DNA of 64,000 bases, taken from Amphiscolops sp. MND2022 (Eukaryota). This document shows, one piece after another, positions 24,865 through 36,773 of the stretch; positions within the stretch are counted from its first letter, which is position 1; each line of letters opens with the position of its first letter. Under the pieces are notes generated by a model. That model was given only the letters and a program-made list of their open reading frames with translations, had not been told where the DNA came from and did no database searches. The translations under genes and the position numbers were made by a program. The stretch lies in contig OZ076409.1 of assembly GCA_964187785.1 (NCBI GenBank), positions 26,786,001-26,850,000 of the forward strand, read 5' to 3'.

Positions 24865-26492
24865 AAAGGAACTCCTGAAGAGACTCAACAATAAAACATT
24901 TCAAACCTTTTAAAACTCATTTCAATGGTATTTTCACATCGTCATGTAAATTATTTGTTTGCTTATATCGGTGAAGTTCTCTCTGAACTACTCCTTAAGT
25001 CCATAAATGATGCTTAACTTCTTTAAACCTTCTTCATAAACAACACATGTGCATAAAAATCACATAAGCATGATCAATCTACGATTTTTGATGTCACATT
25101 ATGCGTCATCGTGCTACAATTAGGATTGTGAATATACGGTGTTAAACGCTTTTCAAATATCAAAGATGAGTCATTGTACGTAAAATGGTTGTTTGAATAT
25201 GCGTTATTATGCATCAAATGATTTTTCTGTATGCGTCATTATACGTTTGAGTATACATTAAGATACGTTTTAAATTACTAGAGTATGCGGTAACATACCT
25301 TTTTATCAATTGTAACATGCATCACTATACGGTACTACTAGTGCTGTATATGCATTAACATACGTTTTTATTGAAATATCATACGGATCGAATTGTGCCG
25401 TATATGCATTACTATCCGGATGTGAGGAAGATGCTCACGTGCGTTGTACGTCTTTGTGCGGTTCCAGGTCCACCGCATATGCGGGATTATGCGTTTTTCA
25501 GCAAAAGGTGTAGTTTTGAACGTCATGCAATTATACATCATTAGATAGCACTAGAGGTGTTTAATATACCATTTTACAGTATTTCTCTAGGGTCTTACGA
25601 CCGATTAAACAAACGTATGTCATTATGGGAATGATATAAATAGAATTACGTGATTTGACGTTATCCTATTTTTGTGTTTTCCAGGACTACATGATACTTG
25701 TAAAAATGACTGTCATTCTTTTATATTTTGAAAAGGGGATTTCCTAAATGCAAGACACAATTGAAATAACCTCTCCAAAGTGCAGTTGTATCAATTTCTC
25801 CAGGCTCTTGCTAATACTATCAACATTTTCATTGCTTTCTCCAAGATTGGATTTTCCGTGCCGAGAACATAATTCAAATTCTTCCCCAGCAAACATAACT
25901 TGTTTTCTACTGAGTGAAATGGGAAATAAGAGGAGTCGAAGATCAAGGAGATTAGCAACCCCATCTCCTGAGAGAGAAACGAGCGAAACTAGAGTTGACT
26001 CTCCAGGAACAGGTAATATAACTTTAACTAATTCTAACCTAAATGTTCAAGAAAGTTTAGGTGGATTGAACTCGGAAAACCAACTAAGAGAACCCAGTCA
26101 GATTAGTGATGAGATACAAGTTTGGACTCAGATTGTTGAGCGGAAAAATACTGAAAGAATAGAGAAAATGAGAGAAGAAATGGACAATAAACTAGAAGCA
26201 ATTTTGAAGGAGATAAAACACAATAAGGGTGCTTCAATGACGACAAACCCAAGGTCTGATATAAATGAGATACAAGAACCACAACCATCGGGATCCAGGA
26301 TAGATCCGCCTATAGGAGTTCACGCATGTAATAGAGAAAATTCAGATTCTGAAAACGACGATTATCCTCTTGAAGCTTCTAAAACGAAGGATCCCAAACA
26401 TCCTACTAAACCCTTGTTCCGAAGTGAATCGGATATAGACATAAATATATATTCTGACGAAGAATCAGAAGCAGAAATAGAGGATTATCACA
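24821..26492 (+). repeat. 3' LTR (1672 bp)
   Basis: Near-identical to 9696-11365 and followed by the TSD GTAAA. Confidence 0.97.
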
Positions 26493-26500
26493 GTAAATAG
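25919..26500 (+). CDS. LTR-encoded truncated Gag N-terminus (stop codon supplied by flanking host DNA)
   Basis: Copy of the gag 5' part (ORF 25748-26500). It runs past the LTR end through the TSD to TAG at 26498-26500. Expression is unknown. Confidence 0.45.
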   Translation: MGNKRSRRSRRLATPSPERETSETRVDSPGTGNITLTNSNLNVQESLGGLNSENQLREPSQISDEIQVWTQIVERKNTERIEKMREEMDNKLEAILKEIKHNKGASMTTNPRSDINEIQEPQPSGSRIDPPIGVHACNRENSDSENDDYPLEASKTKDPKHPTKPLFRSESDIDINIYSDEESEAEIEDYHSK

Positions 26501-27630
26501 CAATTGTATTTAGGGAAAAACAATAGTGTAAGAAAACTGAGCTTTCATGTGTGAAAAACGTAACTTGAGCTGCACTTTGCATTGTGATTTGGTTCATTTT
26601 TTTGCATTCATAAAGTTAGGGTTTTGAAAAACATACTGAGTGTTTTAAATAAAAGAAAACGCCTCAATTAGCAGATTATATTGACATTAACTTTGTGTAA
26701 AAATTTCGTATTAAAAGAAAATTCGACAATCTTTGTAAAGAAAACAAACTGATTTAAGACAGGGAAAGGAAGCAACAGGGAAGGACAGGGAAAACCTGTG
26801 TTCAAGTGAAAATAAATACCGTTCTCTTAATTCAAAACAGTCAAATCTCCTCAACGGATAAAAAAAGTACTATCAACAAAACAAAACCTTGAAATAACGT
26901 GTCAAATCTGAGAATAAATTGGCTGTCATGATGTCCCACGTAGTATTTCAGTAGTAAAGACAATCGATGGAAATTGAATCATGAATTTGCCTTTCTACTC
27001 GCAAAGCTTAACTAAATTGTAGAATATTTGTTGATTCGGTTTTCGAAAAACCTGGTTGGGTAGGAAAATTGAGAACATTCTGTTTTGGTCCAATTTTTTT
27101 AAACAGTGCTGTTTGAGAAAATTATTATTACAGTGACTGATTATTACAGTAACTACCTTTATTCAGCATGTCATGGAAGAGTCCACTTTTTGTTGAGTTT
27201 ACTCATTTTCGTTAGCGAATTCATACCGTCCTGGAGCAAGTCCAAAACGCATAAAGCGCGAAATTTACATGGCTAGATGGAACCTTTTGGGTGTTTTCGG
27301 CAGTCTGAGACTTGTGGTAGTTTTTTATCTCGCAAACATGCCTCTCGTTGGAGATTTTTGCCACAAACTGTGCGAGACATTCCTTACACTACAGTATTTA
27401 GTTAATAGAACTAGGTCATTTGCTACTTTAAACTTGATAGATTTGACTGCTACGTTATCAGTGCTGAAAAACTCGGTCTTCGTTTTGTTGTTGTTTGTGG
27501 TTTCAAGCTCTTTCCAATCATGGAATGTTTGAGAGCCGTGTGGTTTCCTTTCATGTATTTGCTTTCAAGTATATGGTTCCATAAATGAAATTATATGTAT
27601 TTTTTTGTTCTCTAGGCAATGTTGGACACT

Positions 27631-28449
27631 CCCAGGTTTTCGATCTTTGAGAATCGTGCAGATCTGCAGGATTTTTGCAGAACTTTGCAGATATGTGCAG
27701 ATTAGAAAAAAATGACCTAATCAGAAACACAATAAAAATCCCACAGCGATGTCAAACGAATAATAAAAAATATTTAAAATTGGAGAGAAGTCTCATTTAT
27801 GTCAAAATGATGAAACATTTTCCTGCAACAATCTGTACATATCTGTAGAGGTTGCAGATCTTTACAAAGCCAATCAATGACCAATAATATTCTATAACGT
27901 ATTCCGAGTTACCAGCAATTACTAAACTTACTCCAACAAACCATGTTCCCGAAACATTACTACAACAGCACTTTATCAACACATCTACCAACCCAGAAGG
28001 TTGTCACATGTCAAAAATTTCATCCGCCAAAACGAATTCAAAATGGCAAACGAGCCTCTCAAAGTTCAACAACCACTTCTGGAAAGTTCAAGTGAAATGG
28101 ATAAATTACGGTGTATAACCAATCCAGCACATTTTCTAGTCACCAAAATTACCCTGGTGGGAACAATTTTTCCTTCTCCAGAATTTTGAGCGAGTTTCAA
28201 CTGACTGAGCCTTGGTCTGCTAAAATACTTTATAAAGTTGTTGAAGAAGTCTAAAAATGCAGTATATGGGTTTCTTAGAAGCTGCCGAAAAACATATTTC
28301 TCCAAAAATCTTTAAGGAAAATCTGCACACTTCTGTAAAGTTTCGGCAGATCTGTATGGTTCTTCAAGATTCAGTGCAACGATCTTTGCAGAACCCAGCA
28401 GAAAGAATCCTGCATATCTACACAGATTTGCAAATGTTGAAAACCTGGG
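27631..28449. mobile_element. Degenerate non-autonomous TIR element (MITE-like)
   Basis: Termini CCCAGGTTTTC...GAAAACCTGGG with imperfect extended inverted arms rich in GCAGATCTGCAG motifs. No clear TSD. Confidence 0.55.
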
Positions 28450-29394
28450 CAACCATTCACTTGAGCGCTGTGAACCAATAGCTCGATATTTGAAAATACA
28501 AGGTTTTAATGACCTCAATTTTGTCTGATAATCAAAACAAAATGGACGTTAAATAGAATATCCAACTGATATTTCTGAGTTCTTGAAATGATACATGCTA
28601 GTCATACAAGCAAGTGTGAATTTAGCCCAATCCCAAAAGAACTAATTGGCCTAGGCCGATGAAAGTGACGGAACGTTCCAGGTAGCTATTCGCGGTTTTT
28701 GTCGCAAAAGTACAACTGATATTATATACGGACAACTGTTATAAGCGATGAATACGTTCATCATTCGGGTTAACGGATAGAATCATATTGAAGTCGTTCG
28801 ATATTAGCGCCGGTTATCAGTTCTTGGACTAGCATTAGTTGGGTGAGCATCAAGAAAGGATTCATCCGAACTTCAAATATCTTGGGCAACCGCAGATGAC
28901 CTCTTTGTGTTATTAGACAAAGATAAAAGCAGAGGAAAGTTTATTAAAATGCAGATATAAGCAAAATCGGCTGACTGGTTGAAAATTTTGGTGAACCATT
29001 TTCAAATTTTTCAATAAATTGAGTGCCTTAGTCGGAAAAAGAATACTAAATGGCATGCGAGAAACTGTTTGATGTTAACTTTGAATTAATTATTTCAAAT
29101 CGTTCCATAGAATAGCACTTAAAACTTGTATTATGACGATTTGGCATCAAAAACGCTTTGGAGTGTGTCATCAATATGGCGTACCACTTAAAGTTTTACG
29201 CAAATTCCGAGAAGCGCAATCTCAGCTGAAAAATTGAAGGAAATCATGGTTATCAAGAGTCTCATTTTATAACTTGTGCAAAATGCACATGCCATGGTCA
29301 AAGTGTGAAGCTTTCGATAATCAACAAAAAATTGCTCCAAAATGAAAGGTAACCAAGAATTTTCTGTTCTATTGAAGACGTCCTGGCGCATCAA

Positions 29395-29458
29395 TACAAC
29401 ATGCAAAACGTTGATGCACATGCAAAACGTTAATGCAACATGCAAAACGTTCATGCAA
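29395..29458. repeat. ~20-bp tandem repeat (3 copies), intronic
   Basis: ACATGCAAAACGTT(G/A/C)ATGCA x3. Confidence 0.8.
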
Positions 29459-29477
29459 CCTTCTTTAATGTACTAAC

Positions 29478-29699
29478 TTTGTTCATATTGCATACAGATA
29501 TAGATGGGAAAGTGAGGGTCCGTGTGTGTTCCATCTGGGTGACGACAGTGACTGGCCACTTGAAGAAGTCGACGAGAAGAGAGCAAGTCTGCCAAGTGAA
29601 GCCAGCTAGACAGAGTAGCACCAGAGTGATCCACAGGAAACGACGCAGGTCTGAACCCAGTTTGGCTGCACGTGCCACTCCGTGCACCATAGTACTTTC
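29478..29699 (-). CDS. DEG/ENaC (ASIC/degenerin-like) channel exon: HG motif, TM1 and FPxxxxCN motif
   Basis: ESTMVHGVARAAKLGSDLRRFLWITLVLLCLAGFTWQTCSLLVDFFKWPVTV...LTFPSISVCNMNK. Acceptor tgtgtag at 29700; donor gttagt at 29477. Confidence 0.92.
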
Positions 29700-30697
29700 C
29701 TACACACAAAAACAACACTAAAGGACAGTAAGAACAACATAAAATAATAGGAACTTCATATAAACAGTAAAGAGAATATCGAAAAATTACCGAAACTTGA
29801 AAACCTAAGATGGATGTATCAACTGAATGTTCTTATTGAGAAGTCAAAATGCAAGTGCAGTCTAATAAGCGTCAGAACGTATCTCTGCCAACGCTGAAAT
29901 ACTCTCTACAGTAAGAAAAACTTTGTACAGCTTCTAGTCTCTATTTCATTGAAAACCCGCAGTAATGTTGTCGGTGATTTTACAAAAAAAAGGAATTGTT
30001 TACGAGATTGCGTGTTCTGGCGCCAGAACACGCAATCTCGCAAACAATTCCTTTTTTTGTAAAATCTATGAATCTGTGAATTTCAGGCTGTTGACATGTA
30101 GCGCCATGAAACAAACAATGAACTGGAGTGGAACAAAACAGCCCATTTTAAGATGAGACAAAAGCGAGGAAGAAATTGGCCAAATATTGTTTGACTCACC
30201 CAGTGCTGAAAATGCATATTTTCGTCGAACAAACGGGGCTCTCTTAGGGTACTATGTTTTAAATGCCTACTTATGAGAAACACAGATTAATTTGTTGTGC
30301 CGATTTTTTTTAAATGAGAAATATTAATAGGCAGTTAAACAAAACTTTGGAACTGTAAGTCAATGCTCATGAAAATTGCATTTCAGAGTAGCTGCGGTTT
30401 ATTCCCTACACGATACAAGATGACTACACGATTTTTTTTCAATTCACCATTACACGATACACGATAAATTTGTAATACATGAATGCACAGCGCTCAATTT
30501 CAGTGGTGCGTACACGACAACACACTGATTATTCCTCGTAAAAATGCCAGAAAGCATGAAATTAATGCCGAAAGTTACAACGTACATGTACCTGCAATGC
30601 CGGTCTTTTTTGGCTCAGTAATGCCGAAAAAAGAACATTCTTGTCGTTTCTCGTGGAATCTACAAATTTTGTGTGTGAAGGTGGAATGTTTCCTAGC

Positions 30698-30874
30698 CTG
30701 GAAAAAAAGGCGAGATAGGGCAGTACAGTCGTCGGTGTCATCGACTTGCATAAGGCGTCTGAGGTGGCTCTCCTCTGCCTTGTCCAGCTGGTGCAGTTCG
30801 TCCAGCAGGAAGGGTTTCGTCTGAGGGGGCTGGATCCTCATGGCTGGCATGCCCTGTGCACCACTGCCAGACAA
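30698..30874 (-). CDS. Probable upstream exon of the DEG/ENaC gene (cytoplasmic N-terminus)
   Basis: GC-richer open frame after a ctgtag acceptor, phase 0. Ending it at ...LSRLFFQ recreates F-x6-HG with the next exon but requires a GC donor. Confidence 0.6.
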
Positions 30875-31262
30875 CTACAGAACAACCAACGTTGATAAAA
30901 ACGACAAGAGAAATAATCCAGAGGTACATTTATGATTGCTACATAGCTCGACGGGCAAAAATTACCTTTCTAGGGGATCAAAATGTACAAGTTGAGTTAC
31001 AATCGCTAAATAAATAATACATGTTTTTCTGGGTTTTTTTTCGAAGATAGCGTTCGAAGATGAGCATCATCTACATACTCTAACAAATTACGTTCATTAC
31101 TGCGACTAAGAAGAATAATTATATTCTACTCTAATACCTTTCTAAAAATTGAGAAGTTTATTGTGATTATTATGAAAATTAACTGAATCCGAAAGATTCA
31201 TGCTTAATTTTGGGATCAAATGATCAAGCAATGGGTAGAACAGTGTATTTAGAACATTTCAC

Positions 31263-31532
31263 TTTTACCGGCATCGGCTTGGGGCACAGTTCGTAGGCCG
31301 AGCTTCTAGATGAAGAGTTGTTGTTAATATTATTATTACTGCCGCTGTTGTTGTTGTTGTTGTTGCTGCTGCTGATGTTGTGTCTGAACTCCCCCTTGTT
31401 TTGACCCTTCTTGGGGGCGGTCAGGAGAGGGGGCGGTCTGGGTGGCATACTGCTGTGAGACCATTGAAAAGGATGTGATACGTTGTTGTTCACGGGTTCT
31501 CCACACCCAGTGAAGTTATAGCCCGGTTGTCT
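31263..31532 (-). CDS. Probable further upstream exon of the DEG/ENaC gene (Pro-rich, poly-Asn)
   Basis: ttttccag acceptor, phase 0; RQPGYNFTG...PPRPPP...NNNNNN...KPMP(VK). Two candidate phase-0 GT donors at 31268 and 31262. Confidence 0.5.
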
Positions 31533-33724
31533 CTGGAAAAATCTCTAGTTCGAAAATTTTGACATAGAGCTATATGCGGTTAAGAGGGAGAATTTTAAAC
31601 AATCAATTGCGACAAAATATACAAATGAATGATGGAGTGGACACAAGTTGACGAAATGAAAAATCCTGAAAAATTTGAAGACAAATTCATTTAAGTTTGA
31701 GAAGTAAGCTAAATCTTCTGAAATAGCAAAATAATTATCCTTGAAAGCGTCTCTTTCAAGCATAAAGATTATAATTACTGTCGCAAACATTCACGATTAA
31801 GGGTTTTAACCTTAATGATAAGTGCTTCCCATTAAAAGGTTATTTATTCGACCGGATAAAAAAGTTGGCTTTAATTCGAAAATTGTAAGATTTTTGGCAT
31901 TGCAGTGTTCAACAATATTCAACAAGTATAACTTTTTATTAATAATTTTTGGCTGATCAGTCAACAGAATACGTCTCGATCCATTTTTCACTAAATGAAG
32001 CAACTCGACGAATGAGCAAAATCGCCTGTATATTTTTTATGTTCCTCAAAAAAGTTTGCATTAGATTCTCAAGTGATTTTTCTAAAAACTGCGCGCAATT
32101 CTAAATTCCTCAAAGCCCACTGTAACTAACGCCAGTACGCCCAGCTATTTACCTCAACTAAACTCTCTACCAGAGGTGTGCCCACAGACAATGTTGCAAA
32201 TTATCAACAATTGTTTTCCACACGGGCGGAGTCTTTTGGGGGTGGGATTTGAGAAGGCTTTTAAGGTGCTTTTGGATCCTCTGTTTCAATAAGGGAGTGA
32301 AGATTTGGCTCCTACTTTCAAAAAATCCCTCCATTTTTTGTGTGCTTGTGGTGATGATTATGAAAACGGTGAAAAATTCACCATCGCATTGCCAATAATT
32401 TTGATATTAGGTAACCAAAAGACGTTTGTATGGGCAAATAACCCTACGTAAATAAAATTTAGGGAATCCCTAAATGCATTTGCAAATTACATCCAATGTA
32501 ACGTTTAACGCAAAACCTATAACCTGATAAGCTGCATAAAAATATAGTTATAACTTCATCGGCAGGACCAGTCAATATATCTTTTGTAACGGAACAAAAA
32601 CTTTCCCATAAAAGTTGGATGGTATCACATCATTCTCTGAGTGGGGTGGTTTACCAATGCTTAGCATGCAATGGCACTTGACACCAACTGACACCGGTAA
32701 AAGTCAAAACCTTTAAAAAAAATTTCCTGTAGTCCGGTAACAAACCATGTTCAATTGAGCTTATCAATACTAAGCAATTAACTTCCAGAAAAAAGTGAAA
32801 AATTTTGCGAATGCGTGTGACAATGGTTTAATATTGGTGTCGATTTTGTATTTTTACAGACCTCTAAAACAAACGAATTTTTCTTCAGCACTGAAAATTG
32901 TAACAATGCAAGTCAAAATGAATTCATCAAAGTTAACAATTTTGTTTTTACTGGAGTATTTATCTTCCCAATTTCAACTGAATAAAAACTGCTAATCTTT
33001 ATTTTTATTTTCTTAAGCAACAAAATATCTTGGTTTTAGTCGCGATTTTTAAAATTTCCTCAACCAGTTTCAACCATGAGTGTTTATAACTTGCAGGTTG
33101 GTTAACGGTGGCCATTTCTATAAGTATGGCCATTTCTATACTATGGCCTGGAGGCTAACGTGAATATCTCAAGGTGGTGATTGAGTTGCTATTCATGTAC
33201 TTGGGTTCAAATCACACGCTGGACGAAAGTTGTTTTATACTTGCAAAAGTAGAAGAAAAGTCCAGAGGGTTTTCCGGCACTATTTGACTCTTTTCGAATT
33301 TTTCTACCCGAAGGGACCCATTTGATTTTTGGCACTGTTCGACTTGAAGAAGAAAGTTGCGAAACATTTTTGAGGTTGTTCGTTAGGTAATTCGAATCTT
33401 CATAACCTCATAGGTTTTTTTGTCCAGTAGGACTGCTGAGCGTTTTCTTGATAACTGTGGAAAATATGCTTTAACTCTGCACGACTTTAAACGATTTTCC
33501 TTTTCACTCTAAAGGTTCACTGCTTTGGTGTTTTGATGTTTTGCTTGTACTCGGCGCTTTTTGTGCTGAAATAAGTTAGCTACGATATGGTCTTGAAGCT
33601 CGAGCATGAGAACTTTCACACCTTTTTGCTTAGAAAAACACTGAAGAAGGTGTTCACCAACAAAGTATGTTTAGTAACCAAACTTATTGTCGTTGAGCTC
33701 CATGAAAATTCATACTTCAAAAAC

Positions 33725-34904
33725 CATGTACAGGCAAAAGCGCCCCTGACAAAAGCGCCCTAGTCAAAACCGCCCCTGACAAAAGCGCCCCAGTCAAAAG
33801 CGCCCATTTTACACAGACAAAAGCGCCCCAGACAAAAGCGCCCCAACCAGATTCGTCTTGCGAATAATTGTAATGATTTCACACCTAATTTCTATTAACT
33901 GCACATAATTAATTGGCCGTACGCGTAGCCGGATATTACCGAGGGTGACAATTTCACACGTGTTTAAAAGCAGTCAACTTGTTAATTCAGAAGACGCTTT
34001 TCTGAGGCAAGCTGATTCATCTGTTAGGAAATTCATTGCAACTACCACCCAAATGGAAATCACCGCTCTTAAAAGCAATAAAAACCAAGACATTATGACC
34101 CACTGTGGGTATTGATACAGGAAAGCAAGGGACCTCAAAACGGTACGGAGTCATGGAGGTGTTTGAATTAAAACGGCCGGGGCCGAATTAACGTTGGCAA
34201 CGAGATCAAAAGTGTTAGTGAGCATTGCCAAGAGCCACAAACCGAAAAAGTAGAAGAGAAATTATTCCGTGCTGAACTTAAAACACGAGCAGTGTTAACC
34301 GAAGAAAAACCCAAGAGTGTTATTTTGGCAGCTCAGCGATTTCTTACCGTCGAGTCAGGACCGACCTTTTGAGATGAACTTTTGTTTTTTTGTTGTTGTT
34401 ATTGTGTCTTGTTGAAAAAAATTGACCAAAATTTCAAACTATCCCGTGCATGTCTAAAACTGTGCATGCTACAGCTCTGAGAATTTGTCACCATAAAGAG
34501 AGGTTTTTTAAATAAAAAATTCTTCTCTCCCACCCCAACCCGGAACCCTGATAACGGGGGGGGGGTGTTTCCGGGTCATCACATTGAATGAGACTTTTTC
34601 ATGAAAAATTTCCATGTTAGTTTCGAACTCGATGACTAATAGTCAACAACTAAAGTTTTGACCACTGAGCTATCCAGTCTTAATAGGATGAGTTTTGAAT
34701 TGACTTATAAAATGAGTCATTTGATTCAAACAATTTCATTACGTAATCGACATTTCAATAACGAGCATTGAACCAAGACACTTAATTAGTTCGTGAGACA
34801 AAATCAAGGCAATTAAATCCTGAGACGCATTCAATTGGGGCGCTTTTGACTTGGGCGCTTTTGACTGGGGCGCTTTTGTCTGGGGCGCTTTTGTCTAGGT
34901 AACC
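33725..34904 (+). mobile_element. Internally deleted Mutator-like (MULE) DNA transposon
   Basis: 9-bp TSD TTCAAAAAC (33716-33724 and 34905-34913). Inverted subterminal arrays of 15-bp CAAAAGCGCCCC units. Internal FLYWCH remnant. Confidence 0.8.
34053..34372 (+). pseudogene. FLYWCH zinc-finger N-terminus of a MULE transposase
   Basis: MEITALKSNKNQDIMTHCGY*YRKARDLK/GTESWRCLN*NGRGRI...SEHCQEP...AELKTRA, with stops and a frameshift. Confidence 0.7.
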
Positions 34905-36228
34905 TTCAAAAACGTGCGGACATTATCGCGACAATCTTGGAACATTTACAAATGGACATTTTTGGCTATTGATTGGGGATATACTGTAATTTGAAATAAT
35001 TACCATAATTTTTTTCTGAGAAATTGCTAAAGAGGCTGTTATTGTGTTTTCGATTGCTGTGACTCTTCATACCCACATAAATCGGTCCTAAAGAATATGC
35101 TACATAGATAATCATTCCGTTTCCGAACACTGTGTGTAGTAATACCTGAAAAAGTATACAGACGTTGTACAAAAGTAGCAATGATATGTCGAAAAAAGAA
35201 AGTAGTTTTGCTAATTTTCTGCATATAAAAGTTTTTTTTTCAATGAACTACTGTTACTCAATGGAAACGTCTCCTTTCAACGAAACTTTTCTAATTTTTT
35301 TTTCTCGAAAAAGCATACCAGATAACACGTCTTTGAAGTGTTTAGATGCTCGAACCCACCAAAATTTTCAAAAACTGTACAAAATTGCATTAACATTTTA
35401 TGAGTTAGAGCAGTTTGAAATTGTCAAGTTTTTATTCCTAAATTGATGCAGTTTTGCAACAAAACTATTCAAATTTCTAACATAAAAAAAACTTTTGGAT
35501 TGATAGTTTTTTCATATTGGTCCTTTTTGGATCATTTAACCCACGAAAATATTTGAAAAATACAAAACTTCAAAAAAAGGTGAGAAATAGGAAACTTCCG
35601 TTAATTTTCAGGTACTTTGGGGTCATTTTGAGACATTCATCGAAATCATTTTTTCAGATTTCTCACGAAAAAGCATACTGAATAGCTGGTTTCTTTGTCT
35701 TGGAACTTTTTTGATTTTTTATCTCAAGAACATATGTGAAAACTTCAAATAAAAACAAAAAAGTCCACAAATCTCTACAATAAGATATCGTACTCGTACG
35801 AAACGTTTTTGCCACTTGAATTGTTTGTGTGAATCCATTCAATTGGGGTATGAACTTAGATTCGGGAATCATTGAGAACGAATGGACTATTTCGTAATCT
35901 GACTTTCAGATAAGCATATATCGAATCTTCAGAAACGGACGAGACGTCATTACTTCTGTTGTGTGAAAGTTCCTTTGCTTCGAAAAATTTGCCGATTTGA
36001 AAGATATTATGAAACGTTTGTTGACAAATATTTGGCATTTGAAGAGCTCGAAAACGTTTAACCGTTCCGTTTTTTTGTTCACCTTGTTTTCTCTAATAAC
36101 ATGAATTCCACATTGAATACAAATGACGATAAACACTATTTTAAAATTTGTAAGTCAACAACTTTTTTCATTTAAAATTGTTTCAAGTCGGTGAACTTTA
36201 TGTACCGTCATGACATCGAGAATACGAT

Positions 36229-36610
36229 TAGGCCTAGTATTTTCTTGAATACACAATTTTTTTTACGCAATTACTCAATGTTTACCTTTTTATTCAATGA
36301 ATTGTTTTTATTTTCAATTTTTCACTCAAATTGAGTAAATTCTCTCTATTGCGTCTGATTGATGTTTACATTTAACAAAGAAATTGTTTGTTTTCAGGAT
36401 GAATTGTTTGATGAAGGGATTTTTAGCATCATTTTAGTTGTGTTATCTCTGTCTATAAGTCATACTATTGTGTTCTAAACACAGTCACACACAAACCAGC
36501 TATGCCAAAACAGCGAATACTCAATTTTTTAAAATGAATTTCATGTTTTTCAATACACAATTTATTACTCAAACTTATGTAGTTTTTTACTCAAGAAAAT
36601 CCTAGACCTA
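36229..36610. mobile_element. 382-bp hAT-type MITE
   Basis: Imperfect TIRs TAGGCCTAGTATTTTCTTGA / TCAAGAAAATCCTAGACCTA; perfect 8-bp TSD AATACGAT (36221-36228 and 36611-36618). Confidence 0.85.
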
Positions 36611-36773
36611 AATACGATGCATCTAGTGAAACCCAACCTACAGTGGTGTAGTGGTGTGAAGAAAGAATGTGACGTAGTTGCTCAGAATGCAAAGAATTCT
36701 CTAATCTGATTGGTTCACAAAGCCTCGCTGCTCAAATCTAATTGGTTTAACGAGCCTCAATCGCTCGCAAAAA

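Larger units (their letters stand above)
9696..26492 (+). mobile_element. Full-length 16.8-kb Ty3/Gypsy LTR retrotransposon with accessory genes
   Basis: Two TG...CA LTRs; 5-bp TSD GTAAA (9691-9695 and 26493-26497); PBS; gag, then PR-RT-RH-IN in Gypsy order. Confidence 0.97.

Noticed and set aside
33140..34690. tRNA genes at ~33140-33225 (+) and ~34615-34680 (-)
   Set aside because: Only A-box- and B-box-like motifs are present and no convincing cloverleaf; at most SINE-like remnants.
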